IMG/VR virus record: IMGVR_UViG_2850738089_000001
Coordinates: 5,265-69,264 of that record
Strand: one strand, 5' to 3'
From: a virus
Taxonomy: Duplodnaviria > Caudoviricetes
Length of the DNA: 64,000 nt
Under the pieces are notes generated by a model that was given only the letters and a program-made list of their open reading frames with translations, ran no database searches and was not told the DNA's origin. Position numbers and translations under genes: made by a program. This document shows positions 29,098 to 39,377 of the stretch, piece by piece (position 1 is the stretch's first letter; each line of letters opens with the position of its first letter).

Positions 29098-30081
29098 TTG
29101 GATAAATACCATACCCTTGAAATGTTTCTCGATAATAAGAATGGTGATGTATGGAACATATCGAATATTGCTTCCGATATTGAATGGCAGACAAGTCGTA
29201 TCGGTAAGGCTGGCAGCTTGAGTTTTACGATTGTGACGGGAGGTCTTTACCAGGATAAGAAATTCACCATTAATAACGGAGACATCGTTAGGGTGCGGAA
29301 GGGTGGCACCAATGTCTTTTATGGCTATGTATTTGAGATCGGCAGCGGGATGGATGAGGGCTTTAAGATAAAAGCCTATGATCAGATACGTTATCTAATG
29401 GGTAATGATACTTATGTATTTACTGGTAAGACCGCAACGGAGATCGTTAAAAAAATCGCTGACGATACGGGCCTGAAAACAGGGAATTTGGTTGATACGA
29501 AATATAAGATCCCGTCGATGATTGAGGACGGTAAGAAATTACTGGACACAGTTTGTAAGGCGCTCGATATGACGCTGATCAATGGCTATGGAAATTTCTT
29601 CTTGTACGACGATTTCGGATTGTTGGCGTTGATGAATATCAAGAAGACGCTGCCAGACTTTTATATCGGGGATAAGAGTTTATTGTTCGACTATGACTTT
29701 ACGCAATCCATCGACAGTGAAACGTATAACCGAGTCAAAATCGTTCAGGATAACAAGAAGAAAGCTAACCGGGATGTGTACGTTGCTCAGGATAGTGTAA
29801 ATATCGCGAAGTGGGGTAGGCTGCAGTTGTACCAGTCAGTTGATGAAAAGCTCAATGCCGCCCAAATCAAACAGATGTTGGATACTTTGATCCAATTGAA
29901 GAATAGGCAGTCGGAAAAGTTGAAAATAGATGCAATCGGTGATATTCGGGTTCGAGCTGGTAGTTATGTCCATATCGCCATTAAACGGCTTGGGATAAAT
30001 CAACCGATGCTTGTAGACGAATGCAGCCATAAATTCGATGGAGCAGATCATACCATGTCATTAGAATTGAAGGTGATTTAA
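29098..30081 (+). CDS. xkdQ: Baseplate hub (XkdQ-like)
   Basis: FYGYVF, AYDQIRYL, WGRLQ, HTMSLEL. Confidence 0.85.
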   Translation: MDKYHTLEMFLDNKNGDVWNISNIASDIEWQTSRIGKAGSLSFTIVTGGLYQDKKFTINNGDIVRVRKGGTNVFYGYVFEIGSGMDEGFKIKAYDQIRYLMGNDTYVFTGKTATEIVKKIADDTGLKTGNLVDTKYKIPSMIEDGKKLLDTVCKALDMTLINGYGNFFLYDDFGLLALMNIKKTLPDFYIGDKSLLFDYDFTQSIDSETYNRVKIVQDNKKKANRDVYVAQDSVNIAKWGRLQLYQSVDEKLNAAQIKQMLDTLIQLKNRQSEKLKIDAIGDIRVRAGSYVHIAIKRLGINQPMLVDECSHKFDGADHTMSLELKVI

Positions 30082-30416
30082 TGTCACTTCTTGGTGTTAT
30101 TAAGAAGGCTGGCCTTGGGGCGGTCGAAGCTGGTCAACCTATTACCGTCCAAACTGGTAGTGTAACAAAAGCAGATCCGCTTGAGGTAACCGTCGATCAA
30201 CGGTTCACACTCACAGCGGATTTTTTGATTGTGCCAGAAAGCCTGATGGAGTATAAGATCGATGTTAAGCACGCGCACAGTTACAGCGAAGGCGTGACCG
30301 GAGATGCGCTCAAGGACAAACTTCTGATTCGGCGCGGCCTTGGACAAGGAGACAAACTAATCTTGCTTCGGGTGCAGGGCGGACAACAATATTTAATTTT
30401 GGATCGGGTGATATGA
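30081..30416 (+). CDS. xkdR: Baseplate spike (DUF2577/XkdR-like)
   Basis: PLEV.VDQR, GDKLILLRVQGGQQYLILDR. Confidence 0.8.
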   Translation: MSLLGVIKKAGLGAVEAGQPITVQTGSVTKADPLEVTVDQRFTLTADFLIVPESLMEYKIDVKHAHSYSEGVTGDALKDKLLIRRGLGQGDKLILLRVQGGQQYLILDRVI

Positions 30417-30417
30417 C

Positions 30418-30819
30418 ATGATTCCAACAGGTAGCACCATTGGTACGGATATGCTCGAGGATTCACAAGAGACAAGTCGGACGTATTGGCTGGATTTGAT
30501 CGACAAACGTATAGTCGGCAGTATAGATGGCTTGGAAGCGACAAAGCAGGCCGTGTTTAAAATTTTGCAGTCAGAACGTTTCGAACACTACATCTACAGT
30601 TTCAATTACGGTTCGGAAATGACGGACCTGATGGGGCTGTCATCGTCTGTAATTAAATCAGAGTTGGCTAGGCGTATTCGGGAGGCATTACTGACGGATG
30701 ATCGCATAACCGATGTTACTGACATGAAAATTGAGGTTAGTGGGGACAGTGCGCTTGCCACATTTACGGTCGTGTCTGACTTTGGAAGCTTTACTTCGGG
30801 GGTAACCAACCATGTATGA
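30418..30819 (+). CDS. xkdS: Baseplate sheath initiator (DUF2634/XkdS-like)
   Basis: DGLEATKQAV.KILQSERF..IYS..YG, DDRI. Confidence 0.85.
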   Translation: MIPTGSTIGTDMLEDSQETSRTYWLDLIDKRIVGSIDGLEATKQAVFKILQSERFEHYIYSFNYGSEMTDLMGLSSSVIKSELARRIREALLTDDRITDVTDMKIEVSGDSALATFTVVSDFGSFTSGVTNHV

Positions 30820-31885
30820 GTCTCAAACGTTTAGTGCGATTCTGCAAAGAATGCTGGACAGTGTGCCAAGTGATGTGGATAAACGAGAGGGAAGTATTAT
30901 TTACGATGCTCTTGCACCGGCTGCTCAAATGCTAGCCGAGACTTACATTGAAATGGCTATTAATAATAATCTCTCTCATGCTCAGACTTCCAGTGGAGCG
31001 GAGCTGCGAAAGCGCGGTGAGGATTTCGGCATCACAGCCAAGCTGGCAACTGCAGCGGTTAGGGAAGGATCATTCAAAGACGCTTCAAATGCTTCATTTG
31101 ACGTTCCAATTGGAAGCCGTTTTTCAGCTGGTGAACTCACCTTTGTCGTTTCGGAGAAGATAGCGATTGGTACTTTTAAGCTGGTGTGTGAGACGTCCGG
31201 AGAAGTCGGGAATCTTCCGAGCGGCGCGATGCTCCCGATTGAATATATTTCAGGATTAGCAACAGCCACTCTATTGGGCTTGCTACTTCCCGGTACGAAC
31301 GACGAGACAGATGATGATTACAGGAAACGTTTCTTAGAGCAAGTACGCACGCCGCCTACAAGCGGCAACAGGGCTGCTTATCGAACATGGGCACTTGAGG
31401 TACCGGGAGTGGGCGATGCCTACGTGATCCCGACTTGGAATGGCCCCAACACAGTCAAGGTATTTGTCCTTGGAGTCGATAGACAGCCAGCTACACCAAG
31501 CGTTGTAAAAGCCGTAAAGGACTACATTGATCCAGCTATCGGGCTCGGTGAAGGGATGGGTGAAGGAGTGGCACCTGCTGGTGCTTTGACAACTGTTGTA
31601 GCCGCGCCTGGAGTCCAAGTTAACGTGACAGCTACTGTTGTCTTAAGTGGTTCTCAGACGCTCGCTCAGGTAAAGATGGATTTTGAGAGAGCGTTGACAT
31701 TACATCTAGCAGGCATCGCTTATAGCGAGGATCGGAACGTCAAATACGCTCGTATAGGCACGCTGCTGCTTGATACAACCGGAGTGGCTGATTACGCAGG
31801 GCTTGAGGTAAACGGCGGAACAGGCAATGTGACAGTATCCGAGGGATCGGTAGCCGTCAAAGGGACGGTGATAATCCATGAATGA
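30812..31885 (+). CDS. xkdT: Baseplate J/gp47-like wedge protein
   Basis: DKREGSIIYDALAP, SGNRAAYRTWA, WNGPNTVKV. Confidence 0.9.
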   Translation: MYESQTFSAILQRMLDSVPSDVDKREGSIIYDALAPAAQMLAETYIEMAINNNLSHAQTSSGAELRKRGEDFGITAKLATAAVREGSFKDASNASFDVPIGSRFSAGELTFVVSEKIAIGTFKLVCETSGEVGNLPSGAMLPIEYISGLATATLLGLLLPGTNDETDDDYRKRFLEQVRTPPTSGNRAAYRTWALEVPGVGDAYVIPTWNGPNTVKVFVLGVDRQPATPSVVKAVKDYIDPAIGLGEGMGEGVAPAGALTTVVAAPGVQVNVTATVVLSGSQTLAQVKMDFERALTLHLAGIAYSEDRNVKYARIGTLLLDTTGVADYAGLEVNGGTGNVTVSEGSVAVKGTVIIHE

Positions 31886-32456
31886 TTATCCGGTAACCTC
31901 TGCTGCGGGGCAGGACATGCTTAGTGATCTGCCATCTTATTACGAACCCATATTGGAAATTCGAATCATCGTCCAATCAGAGGGTGCTGAATTTGATAAG
32001 CTGCAGGCCGATCTCGCCGCGCAATTGAATCAGCGGTTTGTCGGAACGGCTACTTGGGATTTAGTGAACTGGGAGGAAGAACTAGGCATCATCCCGTTGG
32101 CTGGTCAGCCAATCGATCAGCGCCGTTCCGTCATCCAATCAAAGATGCGCGGAATCGGCAAGTTTACCGGATCACTGCTCAAGCGTATAGCGGAGGCTTA
32201 CAATAACGGAGAAGTCGATCTTTCATTCGATGCTGGAAAAGGTATGTTCACGGTAACATTTGTGAGTACATTGGGTATTCCACCAAATATGGATGATATA
32301 AAAAATGCTATTCGGGCAGTCATGCCATCGCATTTGATCGTGAAGTTTGTTTTCAGGTACGCCACATTCGGCATGCTGCAAGGTTATGGAAAATCATTTG
32401 GAAATATTGAAACAGTTGGAATAACATTTGGTGCTATAGAAACATGGGGAGGTTAA
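31878..32456 (+). CDS. xkdU: Baseplate wedge (DUF2313/YmfQ/XkdU-like)
   Basis: LPSYY, TATW.L..WE..LGI, PSHL. Confidence 0.85.
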   Translation: MNDYPVTSAAGQDMLSDLPSYYEPILEIRIIVQSEGAEFDKLQADLAAQLNQRFVGTATWDLVNWEEELGIIPLAGQPIDQRRSVIQSKMRGIGKFTGSLLKRIAEAYNNGEVDLSFDAGKGMFTVTFVSTLGIPPNMDDIKNAIRAVMPSHLIVKFVFRYATFGMLQGYGKSFGNIETVGITFGAIETWGG

Positions 32457-32460
32457 TCCA

Positions 32461-34185
32461 TTGCAGACATTGCCAAGCGGCATAAAGAAAGTTGAAGCAT
32501 CAGACAATGCGACTGTTGTGAATTTTAACATAAACGCGGATTTACTAGATGAAAAGATTACGAAGCTCGACGGCGTTGCGGCGGGAGCTGGTGGTGCTGG
32601 ATCCGCAACGGATTCTGTAATTGGCAATCGCGCAATCGATGATTCAATTGTAGCTGCAGCAGGTGCCGATTCGCCTACGCGCCTATGGTCGAAGTTGGCC
32701 TATATAATCAAAGGGATTACAGGTTCAGCCAACTGGTGGACGCTACCATCCATGACGATCAATGTCATAGTCGCGTCGCTTGGACTCAAAGCCCCACTAG
32801 CTTCACCTACATTTACTGGGACCGCATCTGCTCCGTATTTCAAAGCAACAGGTGATACTACCCGTAATCTAGCCGCGGCTGGTTGGGCCGATTTGTCAGC
32901 TAATAGTGGTGGGCAGGCCTTGCTTGCTAATAATGCTTACACTGACGGGAATAACAGTTGGAAATATTCAAATACTCACGCTTCACTTGGCGCCCGCGGT
33001 ATACGTCTATCGGTTAGCGGAGGAATTGAGTGCTTTGACATGGGGGCAGTTGCAACTACAGCGGATGCAGCTTTCACCCCAACATGGGTAAAGATGGCTA
33101 CACTATTATCACCAGCTTTCACTGGCACTCCAACAGCGCCGACGTTTTCCTCTACCATAGCGACCGGGACACCGCCGTTGTCTGTGGAGTCCACGACGAC
33201 GGTACCGAAACTAGGGGCGGACACAGTGGACGGCTGGCACATTTTTTACGACATTACGCAATTAGGATTGACAGCCGGGACGGAAACAATAGAAGACATT
33301 TGTCTCGCAATGCCGATGATGTCGATGCTCGTTTACACGAAAAAAGCATCGAACACTTCAACCGCCTATCCTATAACCGACGGCATTCTAGTAATCAAAA
33401 AATCCGGCGTGTCAAACGTAGCAGACTTGAAATTCTCGTTCTACAATGGCGGCGGCAACGTTCAGCAATGGAGCGGTTACTATAATTGGAACGGAAGCCC
33501 TCCATTTTCGGGTTGGGTCAAGGAGTACAACGGAAGTACAACCGGCATAGACGTTGACACGGTGGACGGATTCCATATGAATCAAGACGTGAGAACAACG
33601 GCAAGCCCTACATTTTCGGGCATAACGTTACCGTCCGCGTCGCTTGCGGTGGCGTCTATCGGTAATCACAACCCATTTGTGGGCAGCATGCCGACATTTA
33701 ATGTGCCCGTTAATTATCCAACGCTTATGGGTAATGTCGCATGGCAGTTGAGCAAAATTATTGGCGGTACTGATTGGACAACACAACCGGCGGTTTCATT
33801 AGCGAATAAAGCAAATAACGCGTCGCCTTCATTCACAGGCACGGCCAACTTTGCCGGACAGATCAACTCCACGGTTGCAACAGGTACGGCCCCGCTACAA
33901 GTGGCGTCTACGACAGTGGTGACAAACCTTAACGCCGATATGGTGGATGGGTTTCACGCCGACAAGGTGGCCACGGCAAACACACTTGTTGCGCGAGATT
34001 CGGCGGGCGGAATAAACGGGGTTGTACTAAACTCATACGCACCGCAGGGTGTAGCCCCGCTTTGGGTCACGTCAACAACCCAAGTCGCCAACCTAAACGC
34101 GGACATGGTTAACGGACACCACGTAACAACATCGTCCACCGCGCCGTCGGGTGGGGTTGACGGGGATATATGGATTCAGTATTAA
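32461..34185 (+). CDS. Tail fibre protein
   Basis: SP.FTG and L.AD.VDG repeats; C-terminal APSGGVDGDIWIQY. Confidence 0.85.
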   Translation: MQTLPSGIKKVEASDNATVVNFNINADLLDEKITKLDGVAAGAGGAGSATDSVIGNRAIDDSIVAAAGADSPTRLWSKLAYIIKGITGSANWWTLPSMTINVIVASLGLKAPLASPTFTGTASAPYFKATGDTTRNLAAAGWADLSANSGGQALLANNAYTDGNNSWKYSNTHASLGARGIRLSVSGGIECFDMGAVATTADAAFTPTWVKMATLLSPAFTGTPTAPTFSSTIATGTPPLSVESTTTVPKLGADTVDGWHIFYDITQLGLTAGTETIEDICLAMPMMSMLVYTKKASNTSTAYPITDGILVIKKSGVSNVADLKFSFYNGGGNVQQWSGYYNWNGSPPFSGWVKEYNGSTTGIDVDTVDGFHMNQDVRTTASPTFSGITLPSASLAVASIGNHNPFVGSMPTFNVPVNYPTLMGNVAWQLSKIIGGTDWTTQPAVSLANKANNASPSFTGTANFAGQINSTVATGTAPLQVASTTVVTNLNADMVDGFHADKVATANTLVARDSAGGINGVVLNSYAPQGVAPLWVTSTTQVANLNADMVNGHHVTTSSTAPSGGVDGDIWIQY

Positions 34186-34198
34186 GGAGGGATGGACG

Positions 34199-35194
34199 AT
34201 GGGAGACCTTAAAGTTAAGGATGCGGGTTTATGGAAGTCTATTAAAGGCGTTTCGGTTAAAGTAGGCGGGGCATGGTCATCTTCTAAGAGTGTATGGGTG
34301 AAGGTTTCCGGTACTTGGGTTGAAGCTTGGAGATTATCGACGTTAGGGGTAATTTGGACTTCGCGAGCAAGTGCGGTGGATAACAATTGGTATTGTGTTT
34401 GCTACGGAAATGGATTGTTTGTAGCTACATCAATTACCGGAACAGGAAATCGTGTTATGACTTCTCCTGATGGTATTACATGGACATCTAGGACTACAAC
34501 GAATAGCGGATGGTATTCCGTCTGCTACGGAAACAATACGTTTGTAGCGGTGGCACAGGATGCCGCAAGCACTTCTGTTATGACATCTCCTAACGGCATT
34601 ACGTGGACGGTCGGAACAACAGCGGCGAGCAGGAATTGGTATGGAGTTTGCTTTGGAAATGGGTTGTTTGTAGCAGTAGCTAATGGTGGCGCTATGACCT
34701 CTACTGACGGGATTACATGGACTTCTAGGACCATCCCGAGTGGCGGATTTAATAGCGTTTGCTACGGAAATGGGTTGTTTGTGGCGGTAGCTAATAGTGG
34801 CACCAACCGTGTTATGACTTCCCCTGATGGTATTACATGGACGCCCAGAACAAGTTCAACCAACGATTGGCTGGCTGTATGTTACGGAAATGGATTATTT
34901 GTAGCGGTAGCGGGCAATGGGAGTGTCGTGACATCTCCTGACGGTATTACGTGGACGTCCAGTACACCTGCGGTGAGTAACAATTGGAGTGGTGTTTGCT
35001 ACGGAAATGGTTTGTTTGTAGCTACATCAATTACCGGAACAGGAAATCGTGTTATGACTTCCCCTGATGGTATTACATGGACGCCCAGAACAAGTGCCAC
35101 CGATAATCAATGGCGTTCTGTCTGCTACGCAAACGGCAAATTTGTAGTGGTAGCTAGTAGTGGTACAGGAGACCGTGTTATGACATCGCAATAA
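34199..35194 (+). CDS. Receptor-binding/adhesin protein, 7-bladed beta-propeller repeats
   Basis: N-terminal (V)K..G.W triple repeat, then seven VC(Y/F)GNG.FVA...SPDGITWT-type units. Confidence 0.75.
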   Translation: MGDLKVKDAGLWKSIKGVSVKVGGAWSSSKSVWVKVSGTWVEAWRLSTLGVIWTSRASAVDNNWYCVCYGNGLFVATSITGTGNRVMTSPDGITWTSRTTTNSGWYSVCYGNNTFVAVAQDAASTSVMTSPNGITWTVGTTAASRNWYGVCFGNGLFVAVANGGAMTSTDGITWTSRTIPSGGFNSVCYGNGLFVAVANSGTNRVMTSPDGITWTPRTSSTNDWLAVCYGNGLFVAVAGNGSVVTSPDGITWTSSTPAVSNNWSGVCYGNGLFVATSITGTGNRVMTSPDGITWTPRTSATDNQWRSVCYANGKFVVVASSGTGDRVMTSQ

Positions 35195-35388
35195 GAATAA
35201 GAGTATTGGGGAGGAGTGGCTACTAAACGTAGTGACTTCTTTTTCGTTAGAGGGATTCCGCGCTACCGATTTTACTCACAGATATGTTCGAGGTTCCGCA
35301 TAAGCGGGGCTTTTACTTTTGATATTTTAAATACAGAATGAGCCTGGCTAAATGCTGGGCTCTTATTTGTGAATAGGAGGGGTTAGTA

Positions 35389-36222
35389 TTGGGAGATTTT
35401 TTAAGAAATCCTATGAGTGTATCACGATATACCCGTGACAATGGAACGGTTGTTAACTTTGCAAATGCCATGAATGAAGATGGCAGTTTAAACGTGAAAT
35501 TAAAGGACGGATCTAACGGAGGAAGTCCGGCAGAAGTAAATGTAACCACGATGAGCAAAGGTACGGTTACATCTGTCATTAGTGATAAATCAGCCAGCTT
35601 CGAATCAACAGAGTTTGAGGCAATCGGCTACAATGCACTTGACTTGAATATCACCATCACAGGCACAGCAGTATTTGCAGTCAAGATTAAAGGCGCTCAG
35701 TTGTCTGGTGGCATCTATACAGATAGGTATGATGTGGGCCTATTCAATGCATCGAGAGGGCTCACTATTCCCCAAGTATCTGATTACTATAAAATCGAGA
35801 TCGTGCTTAAATCCGGCACAGGTAAATGCTTTGTTGATGTCCAGCCATGCAATGTCTACGGTAGCTTACAACGACCATCATATAAAGAATACATTATGGC
35901 GATCAACGAGACATTGGCAGCTAATGCGGAATCAGCGATATTTACTGTGTACAATACGGACTGGGTAAGGGGTATTAAACTGCTGGTGAAAAGTCCAATA
36001 GTTGGTTATCAGCCGAGCTATCGTGATATGGCTTCTAACGGTGATATTAGTGGAGGGAATAATATTGGCAGCGCACAAACTTTGGCTAATTTCTGGCGTT
36101 CCTCTTCCCTCAATCCGGGGAGCTTCGTTCCACCTGCTTATGGGATGCAGTTCAGTTTAAAAAATACAGATGCTGCATTAACTGGACTCGTACAAGCTCA
36201 TATCATTTTGATGGGGGCCTAA
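35389..36222 (+). CDS. Hypothetical beta-rich protein, partner of glycoside hydrolase
   Basis: AGGAGG RBS, 277 aa, 3 bp from next gene. Confidence 0.65.
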   Translation: MGDFLRNPMSVSRYTRDNGTVVNFANAMNEDGSLNVKLKDGSNGGSPAEVNVTTMSKGTVTSVISDKSASFESTEFEAIGYNALDLNITITGTAVFAVKIKGAQLSGGIYTDRYDVGLFNASRGLTIPQVSDYYKIEIVLKSGTGKCFVDVQPCNVYGSLQRPSYKEYIMAINETLAANAESAIFTVYNTDWVRGIKLLVKSPIVGYQPSYRDMASNGDISGGNNIGSAQTLANFWRSSSLNPGSFVPPAYGMQFSLKNTDAALTGLVQAHIILMGA

Positions 36223-36225
36223 GGG

Positions 36226-38838
36226 ATGGCGAACTTTGGAATTAAGGCCCTCGTTACCGACAAATCCAGAACAGAAATCCATGCAGGCAAGATCGTTCTT
36301 GACGCACCGGCAGGCCGACATGGGTTTCTAAAATCCAAAGGTGATAACTTTGTATTTGAAGACGGAACTCCTTTTCGGATGTGGGGAACGAATCTAGTCT
36401 TTAACGGCAATTTGCAGAGTCATGCGGGTTCAGAACAGATGGCTGATAACTTCGCTAAAATCGGATACAACTGCATACGTCTGCATGGATTGGATGCCGC
36501 AGCAGCATCGTCATTTGGTGGCGTGCTGGCTAACACTTCAAGCATGATGTTATTTGATACAGCCGCTATGGATAAGCTGGATTATCTTATTTATCAACTT
36601 AAGATCCGTGGTATCTATACAAAGCTATGTACCCACAATTTCAATGCCTTTAAAATGTCAGACGTGACAGATCAAGCCAACATGATTAAAAACGGCAAGG
36701 TACTGCCGTACTTTGATCCCTTGCTAGAAAATCATTACCGGGAGCTTGTACAAGCGCTGCTGACACACGTTAACCCCTACACGGGACTTGCCTACAAAGA
36801 CGAGCCATCCATTGCTATTGTGGAGCTCGCCAATGAGGACGGTACGCTTGATGGATATTTGGGCGGTAGTTTTAATGGTACTTACACCGGAAAGCTTGTA
36901 CAAGGCATATGGGGACCTATGATCAACCAATCATGGCATCAGTGGTTGACGAAAAAGTATGCATCGAATGCAGGTATTGCCGCTGCTTGGAATGCTCGCG
37001 CAGCTGGCACGAATATGATTGTTAACCCAAGCTATTCGAACAATTTCTCCGGATGGGCGGCATTTGCCCCTAATAGTGGAGCTACAGCAAATCGCACGCT
37101 TGATGGGGCCAAGAATGCGGCGAAGATTTCAATCACGGCACAACCAGCTACACCACAGCCCTATCATATCTTGTTTGCTCAAGTCGGTACGCTGGATCTT
37201 AAGGCAGGAGAGCGCTATGAAGTGTCTTTTGACATTGAGGGGAGTGTTGCTGGGAACATCTCATGTGAACTGGTTTACAACACGGCGATAAACGGGAAGT
37301 ATGGTAATTTCCTTGACTCTGTGGGAACGAATTTCTTTAACAATGTCCCTGTGACGACAACCAAGACAACCAGGAGTGTAGTGTTTAACTGCAAAGAAAC
37401 GGTTGTCGGAGGAAATATCAAATTTGATTTCGCTCTAGGAAAGTTCGGAATCGGAGATGTATGGATCTCAAACGTGGTCTTTCGCAAGGCGGCGCTTAAA
37501 GCGTTGGATGCTGGTGAGGATATAAACTCACTTAACATTGCACGACCTTATTTGTTTGCTCCATTTGATGACTATACGATAGAGCGTCAAGCCGATACAG
37601 TCCGGTTCTATTATGAGCTGGAGTATGATTTTGGAGTCCGGATGATGAGCTTTGCAAGAGGCCTAGGGGTGAGGCAATTATTAACCGTCAATAACTGGTC
37701 AACAGGTGGCAATGCCAGCACTTGCGCGCAGTCGGCTGCAGACGTGATGGATGCACATATCTATTGGGATCACCCATCAAGCAGCAACATTACCAACTTT
37801 ACGATGCATAACAAATCACCAGTCGGTGACGCTGCAATATCCATGCCGCATTTGTTGGTATATAACGCGGTTAAGGATAAGCCGTTTATACTGTCCGAGG
37901 TAGATAATACATTCCCAGCCAAGTATGAGTATGAGTTCTTCCCAATGCTCGTGCCGTATGCCGCGCTGCATAATGTATCTGGCATATTTAAGTTTGCCTA
38001 CACTCATTATGATTTAGATACGCTAGCTCAGCAGTATCCGTACAACTTTTTTAACACGAGCAACAATCCATTGATGAAAATCATGAGCATCGTCTACTCC
38101 ATTGCATTTATAAAAGGGTACATCAGCCAGGCGAATACGGAAGTCGCTCTTGATTATACGCCCGACTACACGATACAAAATCTCAGAAGGTTCTCAGCGA
38201 ATAAAGACTTTAATCTTTATCCGGCAGGTGGCTCTGATTTCCCTATAGCCTTGCCAGCAACGCACAAGATCCGAAAGAGGTTCAATAAAGGGGTGGTAAC
38301 AGATCCCTCAACAGTCCTTCCAGATGAATTGCCTGCTCTTGCTATTCAAACGGCTTATACGAGCGACACGGGTGAGATCACATGGGACAGAACGGCATCG
38401 ACTACAGCTTATATCAAAGTGGATGCTGCTAAGTTTCAGTCATTGACAGGCCGGATAGCGGGCAGATCCCTTGCAACAAGCAACATGTCAATTAATGTGG
38501 ATGTTGATTCTGCGGTATCACTGCTGTCAATGGATGATAGTCCACTTCAGACCTCTAAGAAGATGCTACTCACGTTATTGACTGAGCAGAAGAACACAGG
38601 GCAAGTGAAAAACGACTCGACCGGAAATATGACCAATTGGGGAGCGTATCCGGTGATGTTTAACAAGGTCAGCGGAGTAATTACGATCACGCTTGCTGAC
38701 GCCTCCAAATATGCGGTCTATGTTCTGGATGTTGAGGGCAAGCGATCAACAAAAGCAAAAACAACTAAGACGGCAACGACGATCACTATTGATACGTCCT
38801 TGTATTACACACCTTGGTTTCTAATTGTTCAAAATTAA
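36226..38838 (+). CDS. Clan GH-A (GH5-like) glycoside hydrolase with inserted CBM4/9-like domain
   Basis: WGTN, NCIRLHGLD, HVNPYTG..YKDEP..ELANE (acid/base), KPFILSE (nucleophile); jelly-roll insert ending VWISNV. Confidence 0.8.
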   Translation: MANFGIKALVTDKSRTEIHAGKIVLDAPAGRHGFLKSKGDNFVFEDGTPFRMWGTNLVFNGNLQSHAGSEQMADNFAKIGYNCIRLHGLDAAAASSFGGVLANTSSMMLFDTAAMDKLDYLIYQLKIRGIYTKLCTHNFNAFKMSDVTDQANMIKNGKVLPYFDPLLENHYRELVQALLTHVNPYTGLAYKDEPSIAIVELANEDGTLDGYLGGSFNGTYTGKLVQGIWGPMINQSWHQWLTKKYASNAGIAAAWNARAAGTNMIVNPSYSNNFSGWAAFAPNSGATANRTLDGAKNAAKISITAQPATPQPYHILFAQVGTLDLKAGERYEVSFDIEGSVAGNISCELVYNTAINGKYGNFLDSVGTNFFNNVPVTTTKTTRSVVFNCKETVVGGNIKFDFALGKFGIGDVWISNVVFRKAALKALDAGEDINSLNIARPYLFAPFDDYTIERQADTVRFYYELEYDFGVRMMSFARGLGVRQLLTVNNWSTGGNASTCAQSAADVMDAHIYWDHPSSSNITNFTMHNKSPVGDAAISMPHLLVYNAVKDKPFILSEVDNTFPAKYEYEFFPMLVPYAALHNVSGIFKFAYTHYDLDTLAQQYPYNFFNTSNNPLMKIMSIVYSIAFIKGYISQANTEVALDYTPDYTIQNLRRFSANKDFNLYPAGGSDFPIALPATHKIRKRFNKGVVTDPSTVLPDELPALAIQTAYTSDTGEITWDRTASTTAYIKVDAAKFQSLTGRIAGRSLATSNMSINVDVDSAVSLLSMDDSPLQTSKKMLLTLLTEQKNTGQVKNDSTGNMTNWGAYPVMFNKVSGVITITLADASKYAVYVLDVEGKRSTKAKTTKTATTITIDTSLYYTPWFLIVQN

Positions 38839-38900
38839 AGATGATTGCTCGATGGGCTCCGCTTTTGCGGAGTCTATTTATATTTGATAGGGGGATGGAT

Positions 38901-39377
38901 ATGAATCATTTTAAGGAAATGGGCTTTAACATATTAACGGCATCGGTAGGAACAAATGGAAAAGAAGCAGCTTGGGGCGGAATTGTTGCATCACTGGGTG
39001 TTATTATTACCGATTGGCTCGGCGGATGGGACCAGGCACTTCGAGTGGTCCTTGTTCTAATGTTAGCTGATTATCTAACGGGTGTTCTTGGAGCTATTAA
39101 AAATAAAAAAGTGAACAGTGACATCATGTTCTGGGGTGGTATTCGAAAGATAACAGTCCTCTTTGTAATTGGTTTAGCCTCCATGCTCGACGAGTGGATT
39201 CAACCAGGAGCTCCAATCTTCCGAACAGCGGCTATCTATTTCTATGGTGGTCGCGAGGGGCTATCCGTTGTTGAAAACTTAGGGTCGATTGGTGTACCTC
39301 TTCCAAAGATGATAAGGGAGTTTTTAGTTCAATTGAGTGAGAAAGACGAAACAACCAAAGAGAAGGATGTGGTATAA
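38901..39377 (+). CDS. Holin (toxin secretion/phage lysis, TcdE-like family)
   Basis: LGGWD, DYLTG, EGLSVVENL..GVPLP. Confidence 0.88.
   Translation: MNHFKEMGFNILTASVGTNGKEAAWGGIVASLGVIITDWLGGWDQALRVVLVLMLADYLTGVLGAIKNKKVNSDIMFWGGIRKITVLFVIGLASMLDEWIQPGAPIFRTAAIYFYGGREGLSVVENLGSIGVPLPKMIREFLVQLSEKDETTKEKDVV

Noticed and set aside
34390-35090. Possible diversity-generating retroelement TR/VR pair
   Set aside because: Repeats are in-frame propeller blades within one gene, differences are not adenine-specific, and no reverse transcriptase is present
38895-38903. Holin dual-start (M-D-M)
   Set aside because: First ATG abuts the RBS and the spacer residue is acidic, unlike lambda-type M-K-M
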